Below are positions 22,101-31,329 of a stretch of DNA of 64,000 nt, in pieces. The stretch is from Sedimentisphaerales bacterium (GTDB lineage: Bacteria; Planctomycetota; Phycisphaerae; Sedimentisphaerales; Anaerobacaceae): the NCBI GenBank assembly GCA_963708075.1, contig OY970194.1, forward strand, positions 1,856,001 through 1,920,000, given 5' to 3'. How positions within the stretch are numbered: the first letter of the stretch is position 1; the number at the start of each line of letters is the position of its first letter. A program made the translations under genes and the position numbers. Under the pieces are notes generated by a model, which was not told where the DNA came from, ran no database searches, and saw only the letters and a list, made by a program, of their open reading frames with translations.

Positions 22101-22617
22101 GAATGGCATCGAAATGTTGTCCCCCTGTGACACTGGTTTCGCTGGCGACGATGTGCTGCATGGACTGCTCCGGCTTGACCCACGGGCCCCCGCTGCCCGT
22201 CCAGCCCGGACCGGCGTTCAGCGTGATTTGCAGGCCCAAACGCTCAGCCTCAGTCACCGCGTGTTTGAACAGGGCCCGCCACGGCTCGCTCATGAACTTG
22301 ACCGGGCCCGGCGGAATGCCCACATCCACCTCCATCAGGATCACCCCGCCAATGCCGGCCTGTTGCATCGCTTCAAGGTCCGCCGTGATGCCCTCGCGGC
22401 TGATATTGCCGTCCATGAAAAACCAATATACCCAGGGACGCGCCGATACCGGCGGGTTGCGGAAGTTGTCCGCCGGCTCCCCCGCCCATCCGCGCAAGGA
22501 GATCGCCAGCAGCAGTACAAGAGCCCCCCTTTTCAACCACGTGCCTCCGAAACAAGAACGTTGTACGATGGTTGTCGCGAATCCATTCGCCCGGGTTGAG
22601 TTCAAACTACGACTCAT
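19094..22617 (-). CDS. Secreted GH106-like alpha-L-rhamnosidase (apparent 1-nt deletion near 19555)
   Basis: FRNPPVSARPWVYWFFMDGNISREGITADLEAM, GWTGSGGPWV, HIDSWEMG, PMCEFW, AAESFT. The C-terminal LDLGQV...NLWPNRLIGD...PSGLLGPVRL domain continues in ORF 19094-19807 after QPGR/GAPEK. Confidence 0.88.
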
Positions 22618-22725
22618 CTCTGTCAAACCTCCCACACTCTCATCGTGTCACGGCAAACCCGCGTCGCCGGCTGCCATAAGCTCTATCAGAATCCCGTCCG
22701 CCTGTCACGGATGAATTCCTTTCTC

Positions 22726-23434
22726 CCCCGCGGGGGGGTGCGGTCGGCATTTGGTGGCGGATTCGGATTCCACCCGACACAAGAGCGCAGCCCAGTCTTC
22801 TTTCGCCCCTGCGGGGCTTTGAGATAGGATTGACTATCGTACCCACCGTTGAAACGGTGGGCTAGTGTCGATCGCCCCCGTGGGGCGGACGGGCCGACGC
22901 AAGAGGACTGGAGCGAAGTCCAAGCCCGCAGGGCGATAGAGAATAGCCTTCAGTTTGACAGGACCACGAAGCTCAGCCATGGCGCAGTCCAAGCCCGCAG
23001 GGCGATAGAGAATAGCCCAGCGATTTATCGCTGGGGAACCGGGGCCGAGGACAAAAGCCAGTCCCGTAAGGGACGAAAGAGGCGCAGTCCGCACACGGCG
23101 GCTGCACGCCGCCACCGAATTCCGACCACACCCACAGGGGCGATGCGGCCGCCATTCGGTGGCGGATTCGGGGCTCCGCGTAGGACGAGCGTCCTCGCTC
23201 GTCCTCTTTCGGCTGTGGCCTTGTACAGGATCCAGTCCGTTGCAAGGGCCCGGACTGGTCGTGCGGGGACGCACGACCTACGAAGAGGCTCGCCGATTGC
23301 CACCGTATTCCGACCACACCCCCCCGCGGGGCGTCGTTGGAATATGCCGGCGGTCCACAGAGAAATACCTGCAATTCCCCTATGAGCGGTGTCTGTGAAA
23401 ATAGTAACCGCGTGGGTCAAGGACCCACCCTACG
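22726..23434. repeat. Cluster of REP-like palindromes and short repeats
   Basis: Hairpins CCCACCGTTGAAACGGTGGG, CCCAGCGATTTATCGCTGGG, GTCCCGTAAGGGAC and GTAGGACGAGCGTCCTCGCTCGTCC; direct repeat GTCCAAGCCCGCAGGGCGATAGAGAATAGCC twice (about 22918 and 22987); imperfect inverted pair 22726-22759 / 23298-23331. Confidence 0.75.
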
Positions 23435-23740
23435 AGCCTCGATGGGGCCTGCCCACGGGCAAACGAGCCGTTTTGAGATAGTTTCCAGACAGGGACCGGG
23501 CAAGCCCACGCTGCGGATGTCCCCATGCAAAAAAGCGGGGCTGTAAGTCTCTTCGCCACAGGCACTTGCATGTATTGTCACTATATAACAGATATTTCTG
23601 TAACATTCTGCCCCCGGGAGCGTCTATTCTGTATGGTCTTATGCCCATTGTATGCCCGGCGCGGCCGCGTACAGCCAGACCTGCGGCCATGTTCAAATCA
23701 AAACTCAAACATCAAAAATCATAGATTCCGGAGGTTTCCC

Positions 23741-24694
23741 ATGAGTAGCCAGGCACGAGTCGCCGCCAATCGTCGTAACGCCGCCAAATCCACCGGACCC
23801 CGCACCACAGAGGGCAAGGCCGTCGTGGCCCAGAACGCCGTCAAGCATGGCCTGTGGGCCCGCCAGGCCGTGCTCAGGAACGAAGATCCGCAGGAATTCG
23901 AGCTGCACCGCACCCGGATGCTCCAGAAACTGGCTCCGGATGGGCCGGAGGAAGAGGCGATGGCCGAACGCATCGTGGCCTTGTGGTGGCGGCTCAAACG
24001 GGCCGAACGCATGCAGGATGAGGCCCTCGATTATCTGATCGAGGCGGATCGCCGCGATGGCTGGGTCAAGTGCCGCCGGGAGGACGGCGATCCATCGGCC
24101 AGGGCCGAGTTGGCCTTCGGGCGGGTGGTCGCACGCGACTTCGCCGAGACAAGGACCCTCGACCGGCTATCGATGCACGAACGGCGGATCGAGAGCAGCC
24201 TGTACCGGACGATGAAGGAGCTTCGGCATGTCCGGCGGGAGCAAGAAGGGCAGGATGGGCACGGGGCATCGAGTGCGCACAATTTGAGGAATCACGACGG
24301 GTGGCAGCGGCAAGCGCAGCCTGCGGAGCTTGACGATGCCACCCGGGAGGGGACGCGCGATTGTGTGAAACAAAGCCAATCGGGGGCAGTTTCAAGTTTG
24401 AAGTGTGAAGTGCCAAGTGGGGCTGGTGCGGCGGCCGAGGATAGACCTTCGCGCGAAACAAAGCCAATGGAGGGGGGCATTTCAAGTTTGAGGTGTCAAG
24501 TGTCAAGCAGCGATCCTGCACTTCAAACTTCACACTTGAAACTTGACGCTTTCGGCCAAGCACCTTGCGGCGTCACTACGAACGCGGGCAGCGATGCGAA
24601 ACAAAGCCAATGGCGCGGGCCTGCCGCCGGGGTCGTGCTGCGGACTCGGCCGCGGGTCGCATATCGTTACCATAACGTGGCTAGTTCGTGTTGA
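23741..24694 (+). CDS. Hypothetical protein of the 'ANRRNA..STGP.T.EGK..NA.KHGL' type with repeat-derived C-terminal tail
   Basis: GGAGG upstream of ATG 23741; MSSQARVAANRRNAAKSTGPRTTEGKAVVAQNAVKHGL; helical middle region; the tail overlaps DNA repeats. Confidence 0.75.
   Translation: MSSQARVAANRRNAAKSTGPRTTEGKAVVAQNAVKHGLWARQAVLRNEDPQEFELHRTRMLQKLAPDGPEEEAMAERIVALWWRLKRAERMQDEALDYLIEADRRDGWVKCRREDGDPSARAELAFGRVVARDFAETRTLDRLSMHERRIESSLYRTMKELRHVRREQEGQDGHGASSAHNLRNHDGWQRQAQPAELDDATREGTRDCVKQSQSGAVSSLKCEVPSGAGAAAEDRPSRETKPMEGGISSLRCQVSSSDPALQTSHLKLDAFGQAPCGVTTNAGSDAKQSQWRGPAAGVVLRTRPRVAYRYHNVASSC
24365..24611 (+). repeat. Three 16-bp direct repeats G(C/T)GAAACAAAGCCAAT interleaved with heptamer tandem repeats
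   Basis: Copies at 24365, 24453 and 24596; TTTCAAG-TTTGAAG-TGTGAAG runs near 24390 and 24480; inverse CTTCAAA-CTTCACA-CTTGAAA near 24522. Confidence 0.85.
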
Positions 24695-24884
24695 CCGCCG
24701 GTAAAGACCATCAACAGGCTCGAATCCGCCACCGGCGGCCGGCCGCACCCCTGTGAGCGGTGGTATCCGTGTTCTCATTGACCGTGCCCCCTTGGTGCGA
24801 TAGGATCGGCGACCATCTCCGTTGGACATCAGTGAATGCGATCAAGATGACTGGTATGAAGGTATTCTGTGAAGGGCGAACACC

Positions 24885-26204
24885 ATGCGGGCGAAGGGGA
24901 AGATGCGTCGAATCCTGAACTCTGTAGCGGGTCTTTTCGCCATGCTCTGGCTCTCCGGCGCGGCTTCAAGTGCCCTCGCGGAGGCGCCGAAGGCGCCTAA
25001 AGCCTATGCCGACCTCTACATGCAACTCGAAGCCAAGCTGCGAAGGACGTCTGAGCGAATCGATCGGCAGTGGGACAAGAGCATAGCGCCCGTCGATTTC
25101 TCGGCTGAGATGCTGACGGCGAACTCCAATCGCGGCGTCCAGCTCCTGCAGCCTGTCGCGCTGTCCGGCGTGCGACTGGAGATGCAGCGGCTTGCGGAAC
25201 TGGGAGTCAAGGCCGTGACGCTCAGCATCAACTTCCCGGTGCTGTACGAGCCTTTTCATCAATTCAACGGCACGGACTACCAGGCGTTCCTCGATTTCTA
25301 CAAGCGCGTGGTCGAGGACGCCCGCACGCGCAAGCTGAAGGTGATCATCGAGATGGGGTCGGGCATCTTCCCCGGCGTTTATTCGCGCGGGTCCGGCCTT
25401 AACGCCAAAGGGTTCTACGCCAAGATCAAATCGAATGACGAGTACCGCGATCAGCGCACGGCTATGGCGCTCGCCATCGCCCAGGAGCTGCGCCCGGACT
25501 ACCTGTCCCTCGGCGAGGAACCCGACACAGAAGCGAAGCTGACCGGGCTGCGCGTGAACGATCCGCGGACCTGCACGCAGATCGTGGCCTACGAGGTGAA
25601 GAAACTGCGTGAAGTGGGGATTGGGACGATGAAGATCGGCGCGGGCGTGGGCACGTGGCAGCGCCAGGCCGACGACTGGGTGAGGCGCGATGCGCGGGAC
25701 ACGGGGGTGGACTACATCGCGTTGCACGTCTATCCGGTCAATTCGCTGAGCCCGTCCGGTCGGTACGACCTCCTGTGGCAACTGTTCACGCTGACGGACA
25801 TCGCCGCCGCGAGCGGCAAGCCGGTCGGCGTGGGCGAGTGCTGGCTCCACAAGACGCGGGACCGCGAGCTGCAACGGATCAACAGCGTCACCGATCCTAC
25901 ACTCTTCGAGCGTGACATCTACAGCTTTTGGGAACCGCTCGACGCCGAGTTTCTCCGCGTGATGGTGAAGGGCGCCCACTGGAAGCGATTCGCCTTCCTC
26001 TCGCCGTTCTGGACCCGGATGCTCTACGGCGGGTACGTGGATTACGACGAGGCCCAGCGGGTCACTCGCGGTCCGGAAGGTGCGGTCCGGCTGTTCGCCT
26101 TATCCAACCGCAAGGCCGCCGAAGGCTTGAAGGCCGGTACTTTCAGCCAAACCGGCCAAGTCTACCGCCGGATGATCCAAGGCGACTTCGACGAACGCCA
26201 ATAG
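24885..26204 (+). CDS. Exported putative clan GH-A (TIM barrel) glycoside hydrolase
   Basis: Signal peptide ending ALA-EAP; LAELGVKAVTL, YLSLGEEPD (candidate acid/base), DYIALHVYP, KPVGVGECW (candidate nucleophile). Confidence 0.6.
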   Translation: MRAKGKMRRILNSVAGLFAMLWLSGAASSALAEAPKAPKAYADLYMQLEAKLRRTSERIDRQWDKSIAPVDFSAEMLTANSNRGVQLLQPVALSGVRLEMQRLAELGVKAVTLSINFPVLYEPFHQFNGTDYQAFLDFYKRVVEDARTRKLKVIIEMGSGIFPGVYSRGSGLNAKGFYAKIKSNDEYRDQRTAMALAIAQELRPDYLSLGEEPDTEAKLTGLRVNDPRTCTQIVAYEVKKLREVGIGTMKIGAGVGTWQRQADDWVRRDARDTGVDYIALHVYPVNSLSPSGRYDLLWQLFTLTDIAAASGKPVGVGECWLHKTRDRELQRINSVTDPTLFERDIYSFWEPLDAEFLRVMVKGAHWKRFAFLSPFWTRMLYGGYVDYDEAQRVTRGPEGAVRLFALSNRKAAEGLKAGTFSQTGQVYRRMIQGDFDERQ

Positions 26205-26273
26205 GGTTCCCGGCATACCCTATTCACTGCGCGACGAAACGAGCAACGCGTCCCGCAGGATTCCACATGGCGA

Positions 26274-26666
26274 TCAGATATCGACGATGATCTTGAAGCC
26301 GCCGTAGCTCATGCGTTTCATGTCGAAAGGCATCGCCTTCGGGTCCATCATCTCGGCCAAGCGAGGGTCCTTCATCACCTTGGCGTTGACACGGTCACGA
26401 TGCGCTCGCGATTTGTACACGATCCACGAGAAGACCACGGTCTCACCGGGCTTGAGCTTGACCAGGCGAGGAAACGGCAGGCCCATCTCCACGTCCAGGT
26501 CGTCGCCGATGCATTCGCGGTACTCCAGGGCGCCGTGCTCCCGCCAGACCTTGCCCGCCGTCCGCGCCTGTCGGCGATAGGCATCGAGCTTGCCCTCCGG
26601 AATGACTATGACGAATCCGTCGATGTAGCGACCCGTGCCCACATCGGTTTTGTTGCTCTTTGCCAT
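26274..26666 (-). CDS. DUF1428 (YbaA-like) protein
   Basis: YIDGFVIVIP, VWREHGALEYRECIGDDL, ETVVFSWIVYKSRAHRD, MPFDMKRMSYGGF; AAGGAG upstream of ATG 26666. Confidence 0.92.
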   Translation of the reverse strand: MAKSNKTDVGTGRYIDGFVIVIPEGKLDAYRRQARTAGKVWREHGALEYRECIGDDLDVEMGLPFPRLVKLKPGETVVFSWIVYKSRAHRDRVNAKVMKDPRLAEMMDPKAMPFDMKRMSYGGFKIIVDI

Positions 26667-26980
26667 GATGTTCTCTCCTTTCCCCCGGCTCAATTCTGAG
26701 ACACCGGGGTGTCCGCGTACACTGACGTGGCCCTTCATGTTTTCCTGTTGCTGATCATAGCCATTCGCCTGCATGAGGATATAGGGAAAAGGATTGCCCG
26801 GCCTGCCATGCAAAGCCACTTTGCGACCATGATTAGGAATAGGGCCGGTTTGCATGGGCGGGTATAATCCCTCCAAAAGATTTTTGTCTTTCCGCGCTCA
26901 TTTGGGGCGCGGGGGTACACATATATACGAAAGCTGACGCTGATATCAGCACACCGGTGAGAAGCAGCAAGGTTTGACAC

Positions 26981-27586
26981 ATGAGAATCGAGTCTCTGGA
27001 ACAGAGTGATGCGGTTTTGGTCGAGGCGGCCCAGCAAGGCCGGCTGGACAGCTTCGGCGCTCTTTACCAACGGTATCACAACCCCATTGTGGCCCTGGCG
27101 TACGCCCAGTTGGGCGACAAGCACTCGGCGGAAGATGCGGCACAAGAGGCTTTCGCCATCGCCTGCCGGGACCTGCGGTCGCTGCGGGACCGGGACAAGT
27201 TCGGGGCCTGGCTCGGCGGCATCTGTCGCAATGTGACAAAGCAGATGCTGCGAATCAAGACCCGAACCGCCCCCCTGCCGTGTAGCCCAGCGGCCCCCGG
27301 CTGGGTATCCGACGGGATCACCCCCGAGGGCGGGGGTGCTACAGGGTTGGGCCACGTGGAGCGGGAAGAGCAGTGGGACGCCGTGCGAAAGGCCGTATGG
27401 AAGCTGCCGGAAGCCGAGCGGGAACTGGTCGTGATGAGATACTTCAACGGGTTCTCACAAGCCAAGATCTCCCAGGTGCTGGATATGACCCCGGCGGCAG
27501 TCAACGGCCGGCTCACACGGGCAAAGCGTAGAATCGCAGAGTTGCTGGAACGTGATGGTTTCGGGAGTGAATCATGGGACGCGTAA
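26981..27586 (+). CDS. ECF sigma factor 1
   Basis: SDAVLVEAA, FGALYQRY, AEDAAQEAF, FGAWL (region 2); LPEAERELVVMRYFNGFSQAKIS..L..VNGRLTRA (region 4). Confidence 0.92.
   Translation: MRIESLEQSDAVLVEAAQQGRLDSFGALYQRYHNPIVALAYAQLGDKHSAEDAAQEAFAIACRDLRSLRDRDKFGAWLGGICRNVTKQMLRIKTRTAPLPCSPAAPGWVSDGITPEGGGATGLGHVEREEQWDAVRKAVWKLPEAERELVVMRYFNGFSQAKISQVLDMTPAAVNGRLTRAKRRIAELLERDGFGSESWDA
27281..27343. repeat. GTAG-type REP doublet inserted in frame in the sigma factor 1 linker
   Basis: TGTAGCCCAGCGGCCCCCGGCTGGG ... CACCCCCGAGGGCGGGGGTGCTACA; 63 nt bounded by TGTAGC/GCTACA. Confidence 0.7.
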
Positions 27587-28674
27587 ATGACGACAAATGG
27601 CTGGAAGAGGTATTGAACAAGGCCATCCACTCGGACGACACGCGACCCGACTTCGAGAAGTGGAAGGCGAGTCACCCCGAGGCCGTGGAGATGCTCACCT
27701 CGCGGACGCCGCAAATGCAGCGGCCGCATGTGATATGGAGAATGATCATGAACGCTACACTAGTGAAACTCGCGGCCGCCGCCGTGATTGTCATCGCAGC
27801 CATTGTCGGAATCGCCAAATTCACTCACAACCCCACGAACAATCCGGCCATTATCTCCGATGTCCTCGTGGACGCCAGTCAAAAGATCGTGGGGCCGGCG
27901 ACACACACGTTCGCCGACGGATCCGGCGTCAAGCTGGCTGAGGGCGCAAGCATCCGCGTCTTCCCCCCGGAATCACGGGCCGTACGAGGCTTCGAGCACG
28001 TCGCCGGCCGAATTGAAGTCACCGTCGCCAAGGGCAAAAGCGAGTTCGTCGTCAACAGCCGCTATGGCGACGTGAAGGCCCTCGGCACGCAGTTCACGAT
28101 GGACGTGATGGATGAGGTCGCCGCCAACACGAAAGAACGCGTGCGGTTGCTCGCCGTCAAGGTGACGGAAGGTTCCGTTGAAGTTCGCAGCCGCAAGGGG
28201 ATCACGACTCTGACCGAGAATCAGGACATCATCGTGGTGGCCAATGCCGCCCCGTACGACTTCAACAAGGATGAGAAGCTGCCGAAGGAGCTCAGGGCCC
28301 GGATTCAGTCGATGATCGACGCCCTGAAGGCCAAAGACGGCGCCGCCTGGGTCGCCAACTACAACCTGCCCTATCTGTACAAACTCGCCAAGGGCCAGGT
28401 CGCCTATGATCCGAACCTCTTCGGCGGGACCGCCGAGGATGCCCAGAACTTCCAGAAAGGACTCGGCAATGTCGCCAGTGCTGAGGAACTGGGCAAGATC
28501 GTGGCGTCGAGCCTCAACAGTGACGGCGGCGACATTTACATCACCGCGATCACGATAAGCAAGGCCGGCGACCATGCCATTGCCAAGTGCGTCAGTAAGA
28601 ACGGGAATCGCACGGTCGTCCACAGCCCCCAGTGGCACGACTTCGGCGGCGGCTGGTGGCAGATCGACGACTGA
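27574..28674 (+). CDS. Anti-sigma factor 1: short cytoplasmic domain, TM, FecR-like domain, C-terminal NTF2-like domain
   Basis: Overlaps the sigma 1 stop; KLAAAAVIVIAAIVGI TM; ADGSGVKL, FVVNSRYGDVKALGTQFTMDV, VKVTEGSVEV FecR motifs. Confidence 0.85.
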   Translation: MGRVNDDKWLEEVLNKAIHSDDTRPDFEKWKASHPEAVEMLTSRTPQMQRPHVIWRMIMNATLVKLAAAAVIVIAAIVGIAKFTHNPTNNPAIISDVLVDASQKIVGPATHTFADGSGVKLAEGASIRVFPPESRAVRGFEHVAGRIEVTVAKGKSEFVVNSRYGDVKALGTQFTMDVMDEVAANTKERVRLLAVKVTEGSVEVRSRKGITTLTENQDIIVVANAAPYDFNKDEKLPKELRARIQSMIDALKAKDGAAWVANYNLPYLYKLAKGQVAYDPNLFGGTAEDAQNFQKGLGNVASAEELGKIVASSLNSDGGDIYITAITISKAGDHAIAKCVSKNGNRTVVHSPQWHDFGGGWWQIDD

Positions 28675-28701
28675 TCGTCGCCGTGTACAATCGAGTCTCC
28701 G

Positions 28702-28731
28702 AGCCGGGCTTCTCTCAAGCCCGGCTTTTTT
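28702..28731 (+). terminator. Rho-independent terminator
   Basis: AGCCGGGCTT-ctctc-AAGCCCGGCT followed by a T run. Confidence 0.85.
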
Positions 28732-28838
28732 GTTGCGCCCGCTCCATGCGGGAATCGTTCCCGCCCTGGGAAAACAAAATGCAACTTTCTGAGGTCTCGT
28801 GCATTATGATAGGTGAAGACTGACTCCGGAGCAGTGCG

Positions 28839-29441
28839 ATGGCTGACGACGCGGTAGAGTGCAGCTTGGAATCCAGGACTGAGATGCTCGACGAGGACCA
28901 GACGCTGGTCTCTGCGGCCCGTCAGGACACAGAGGCGGCGGGCCGGCTCTACGACAAGTATTACGGCGAGATCCTTGGCTATATCTACCATTGCACGCTC
29001 AATCGCACAGTGACTGAGGACCTCACGTCGAACGTCTTTCTGGCAGCCTTCCGGCACCTGGATCGCTACAGATGGCAGCAGATTTCCTTCCGGCCGTGGC
29101 TGTACCGGATCGCCACGAACGAGGTGCGGATGCACTACCGCAGGCACAAGCGAATCCGGTCCGTCAGTCTTCAGCCGGAGCATGAGGCCCTCGCCGCTCC
29201 CGCGCCGCCGGATGGCGAAGGGCCGGCGGCCGAGGAAGAGTTTCGCCTGGTGCACAAGGCGCTGCTGCAACTGCGACTGAAGTATCGCACGGCGATCATC
29301 CTGCGGTACTTCGAGGACAAGACAATCGCCGAAATCGCGACGATCACCGGCAATAGAGAAGGCACGATCCGATCCCATCTGCACCGCGGGCTGGCCCAGT
29401 TACAGGAGATCCTGGTGCGTTGGGGCGTTCTGCCGGACTGA
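28839..29441 (+). CDS. ECF sigma factor 2
   Basis: EDQTLVSAA, LYDKYY, EDLTSNVFL, FRPWLYRIATNE; LRYFEDKTIAEIA...GTIRSHLHRG. Confidence 0.92.
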   Translation: MADDAVECSLESRTEMLDEDQTLVSAARQDTEAAGRLYDKYYGEILGYIYHCTLNRTVTEDLTSNVFLAAFRHLDRYRWQQISFRPWLYRIATNEVRMHYRRHKRIRSVSLQPEHEALAAPAPPDGEGPAAEEEFRLVHKALLQLRLKYRTAIILRYFEDKTIAEIATITGNREGTIRSHLHRGLAQLQEILVRWGVLPD

Positions 29442-29456
29442 AACAGGAACGAAACC

Positions 29457-30596
29457 ATGGACAACAACATCGAGAGAATTGAGCGGTACCTGGAGGGCAT
29501 TGTCCCGCCGGTGCATGAATCCGATCGGCATCGCCAACAGTTGCGCCGGCAGGTCCTCACGGGACTCGCAAGGAGAGTTCTTATGCCTGTGAATGCAAGA
29601 ACATGGAAAGTGGCCGCGGTCATTGCTGCCCTGGTGTGCACCGCCGCCGCGGCAACAGCCGTGGTCGGTGTGAAGATTCGTCAATACTATTTCGAGGGAC
29701 AGGACAAGGAGGGTACCTATTTCTTCCGCAGCGAGCCGGAGGCCATCCATGAGAAGACCTATGTGGACGCGAACGGTGTCACGGTGGGTGTGTCCGTGAC
29801 ATCAGGTGGCTCCGTCAGCATGAGGCCGGACAGTCCCGATGAAGCGAACGTCGAGCAGATGCAACGGGATCTGGCGGAAATCGAGATCCTGCGGCAGCAG
29901 GATGCCAGGGAACTGGTGGGCGTCCGTGACGTGAGCGTGAACGGCAACCCATGGAGGGTGTTCACGTTCAAGTACGTGCTTGCCGGCGGCCGGATTCATA
30001 CGGTGAATGAAGCCGACCCCGATGCAGAAAAGCCCGCGCCGCCCGACCAGAAGGACTTCGAGGAGGCCGCGCGTCAGCGAGCCCAGGGCATCAGGGACAT
30101 CGTCGGGGTGATCGACACGGAGGTCGATGGCCAGATGCATCGCACGCTGCAATGCCGGTACGTGCTCAGTGACGGCCGGGAGTTCGAGATGGGCGAGGCG
30201 GACTCCGCCCTGACGCCGCCGACGAAGACACTGAGCCCAGAGCAAATCGATGAGATCTGGCGTCTGAAAATACTGGGCCAGGCGGAGACCCTTGAGCCCG
30301 TCGAGACAGCCATGTACGGCAAGACCTTCGTCTTCGAAAGACACCTGTGCACGCTCGCCGATGGAACAGTCGCAACGCTCTCCGTCGGCAAACTCAAGGG
30401 CGCCGGCAAGAAGAACCTGACCGACGCGGATTGGAAGGAACTGCGTGCCCTCATCGACGCCAACGCCGGTGAATTCCTCGACACCTATGAGCAGGAGATC
30501 AGAGGCAAGGTCTTCGCCTTCGAGCGCAAGCGTTACACTCTGAGCGACGGCACCGAGGTCATCCGGGCCGACGGCACACCCAAAGACAGCCAATAA
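29457..30596 (+). CDS. Putative anti-sigma factor 2: HRQQLRR cytoplasmic helix, TM, four repeated extracytoplasmic units
   Basis: Directly follows sigma 2; KVAAVIAALVCTAAAATA TM; repeated Y(V/T)LSDG-type beta-hairpin motif. Confidence 0.75.
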   Translation: MDNNIERIERYLEGIVPPVHESDRHRQQLRRQVLTGLARRVLMPVNARTWKVAAVIAALVCTAAAATAVVGVKIRQYYFEGQDKEGTYFFRSEPEAIHEKTYVDANGVTVGVSVTSGGSVSMRPDSPDEANVEQMQRDLAEIEILRQQDARELVGVRDVSVNGNPWRVFTFKYVLAGGRIHTVNEADPDAEKPAPPDQKDFEEAARQRAQGIRDIVGVIDTEVDGQMHRTLQCRYVLSDGREFEMGEADSALTPPTKTLSPEQIDEIWRLKILGQAETLEPVETAMYGKTFVFERHLCTLADGTVATLSVGKLKGAGKKNLTDADWKELRALIDANAGEFLDTYEQEIRGKVFAFERKRYTLSDGTEVIRADGTPKDSQ

Positions 30597-30614
30597 ACCC
30601 ATTCCCGAGCGACC

Positions 30615-30653
30615 AGCGAGAGCGGCCATAGCGGAGGTCGCTCTCGCTTTCTT
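30615..30653 (+). terminator. Probable Rho-independent terminator
   Basis: AGCGAGAGCGGCC-loop-GGTCGCTCTCGCT followed by TTCTTGTTCTT. Confidence 0.7.
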
Positions 30654-30791
30654 GTTCTTGCCCCGCCCCTTTTCTCATCGCGAGCTCGCTCTTCCTCTCA
30701 AGAATCTGAAGAATTCCTGTGCCCCAGGCGGGTGTTCATTCGTGATAATAGGGAACAACGATCGTTGTGATGAGAGTAATGGCGTCCGCGA

Positions 30792-31328
30792 ATGATCGAA
30801 GATGAGCTGCTCAAACTGAGATTCAAGGCCGGCAGCATAGACGCGCTGCAGCGGATCTATGAGAAGTACCGCGACTACCTGCTGACGCTGGCGATGGCGT
30901 TGTTGAATGACGCCGCCACGGCCGAGGACGTCGTGCACGATGTGTTCGTCTCCTTCGCGCAGTCCGGCTCACGGTTCCGTCTCTACGGCAGCCTGCGGGC
31001 CTACCTGGCCACCTGCGTGGTCAACCGGATCCGCGACCGGATGCGCAGCCGCAAGCGCCAAGGGCAGACGCTCGACGAACAGATGCCTCTGGAGTCGGAC
31101 TTCGATCCGCCGGACCAGCGTGTCCTGTCCGACGAGCGGTCCCGGCTGGTCGCCCGGGCCCTGGCCCGACTGCCGGACGAGCAGCGGGAAGTCATCGCCC
31201 TGCACCTGAACGGGCAACTGAAGCTCCGGGAAATCGCGCGGCTTCAGGAGGTGCCGCTGACAACGGTGCGCGGCAGGTATCGACATGGAATCGAAAGACT
31301 GCGGTCAATCCTGAATGGGAGGCTCTGA
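30792..31328 (+). CDS. ECF sigma factor 3
   Basis: MIEDELLK, RIYEKYRD, AEDVVHDVFVSFA, SLRAYLATCVVN; LPDEQREVIALH...REIA...TVRGRYRHG. Confidence 0.92.
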   Translation: MIEDELLKLRFKAGSIDALQRIYEKYRDYLLTLAMALLNDAATAEDVVHDVFVSFAQSGSRFRLYGSLRAYLATCVVNRIRDRMRSRKRQGQTLDEQMPLESDFDPPDQRVLSDERSRLVARALARLPDEQREVIALHLNGQLKLREIARLQEVPLTTVRGRYRHGIERLRSILNGRL

Positions 31329-31329
31329 C

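Noticed and set aside
24365..24611. CRISPR array
   Set aside because: Repeats are only 16 bp, spacers are unequal (72 and 127 nt) and themselves repetitive, and there are no cas genes in the window.
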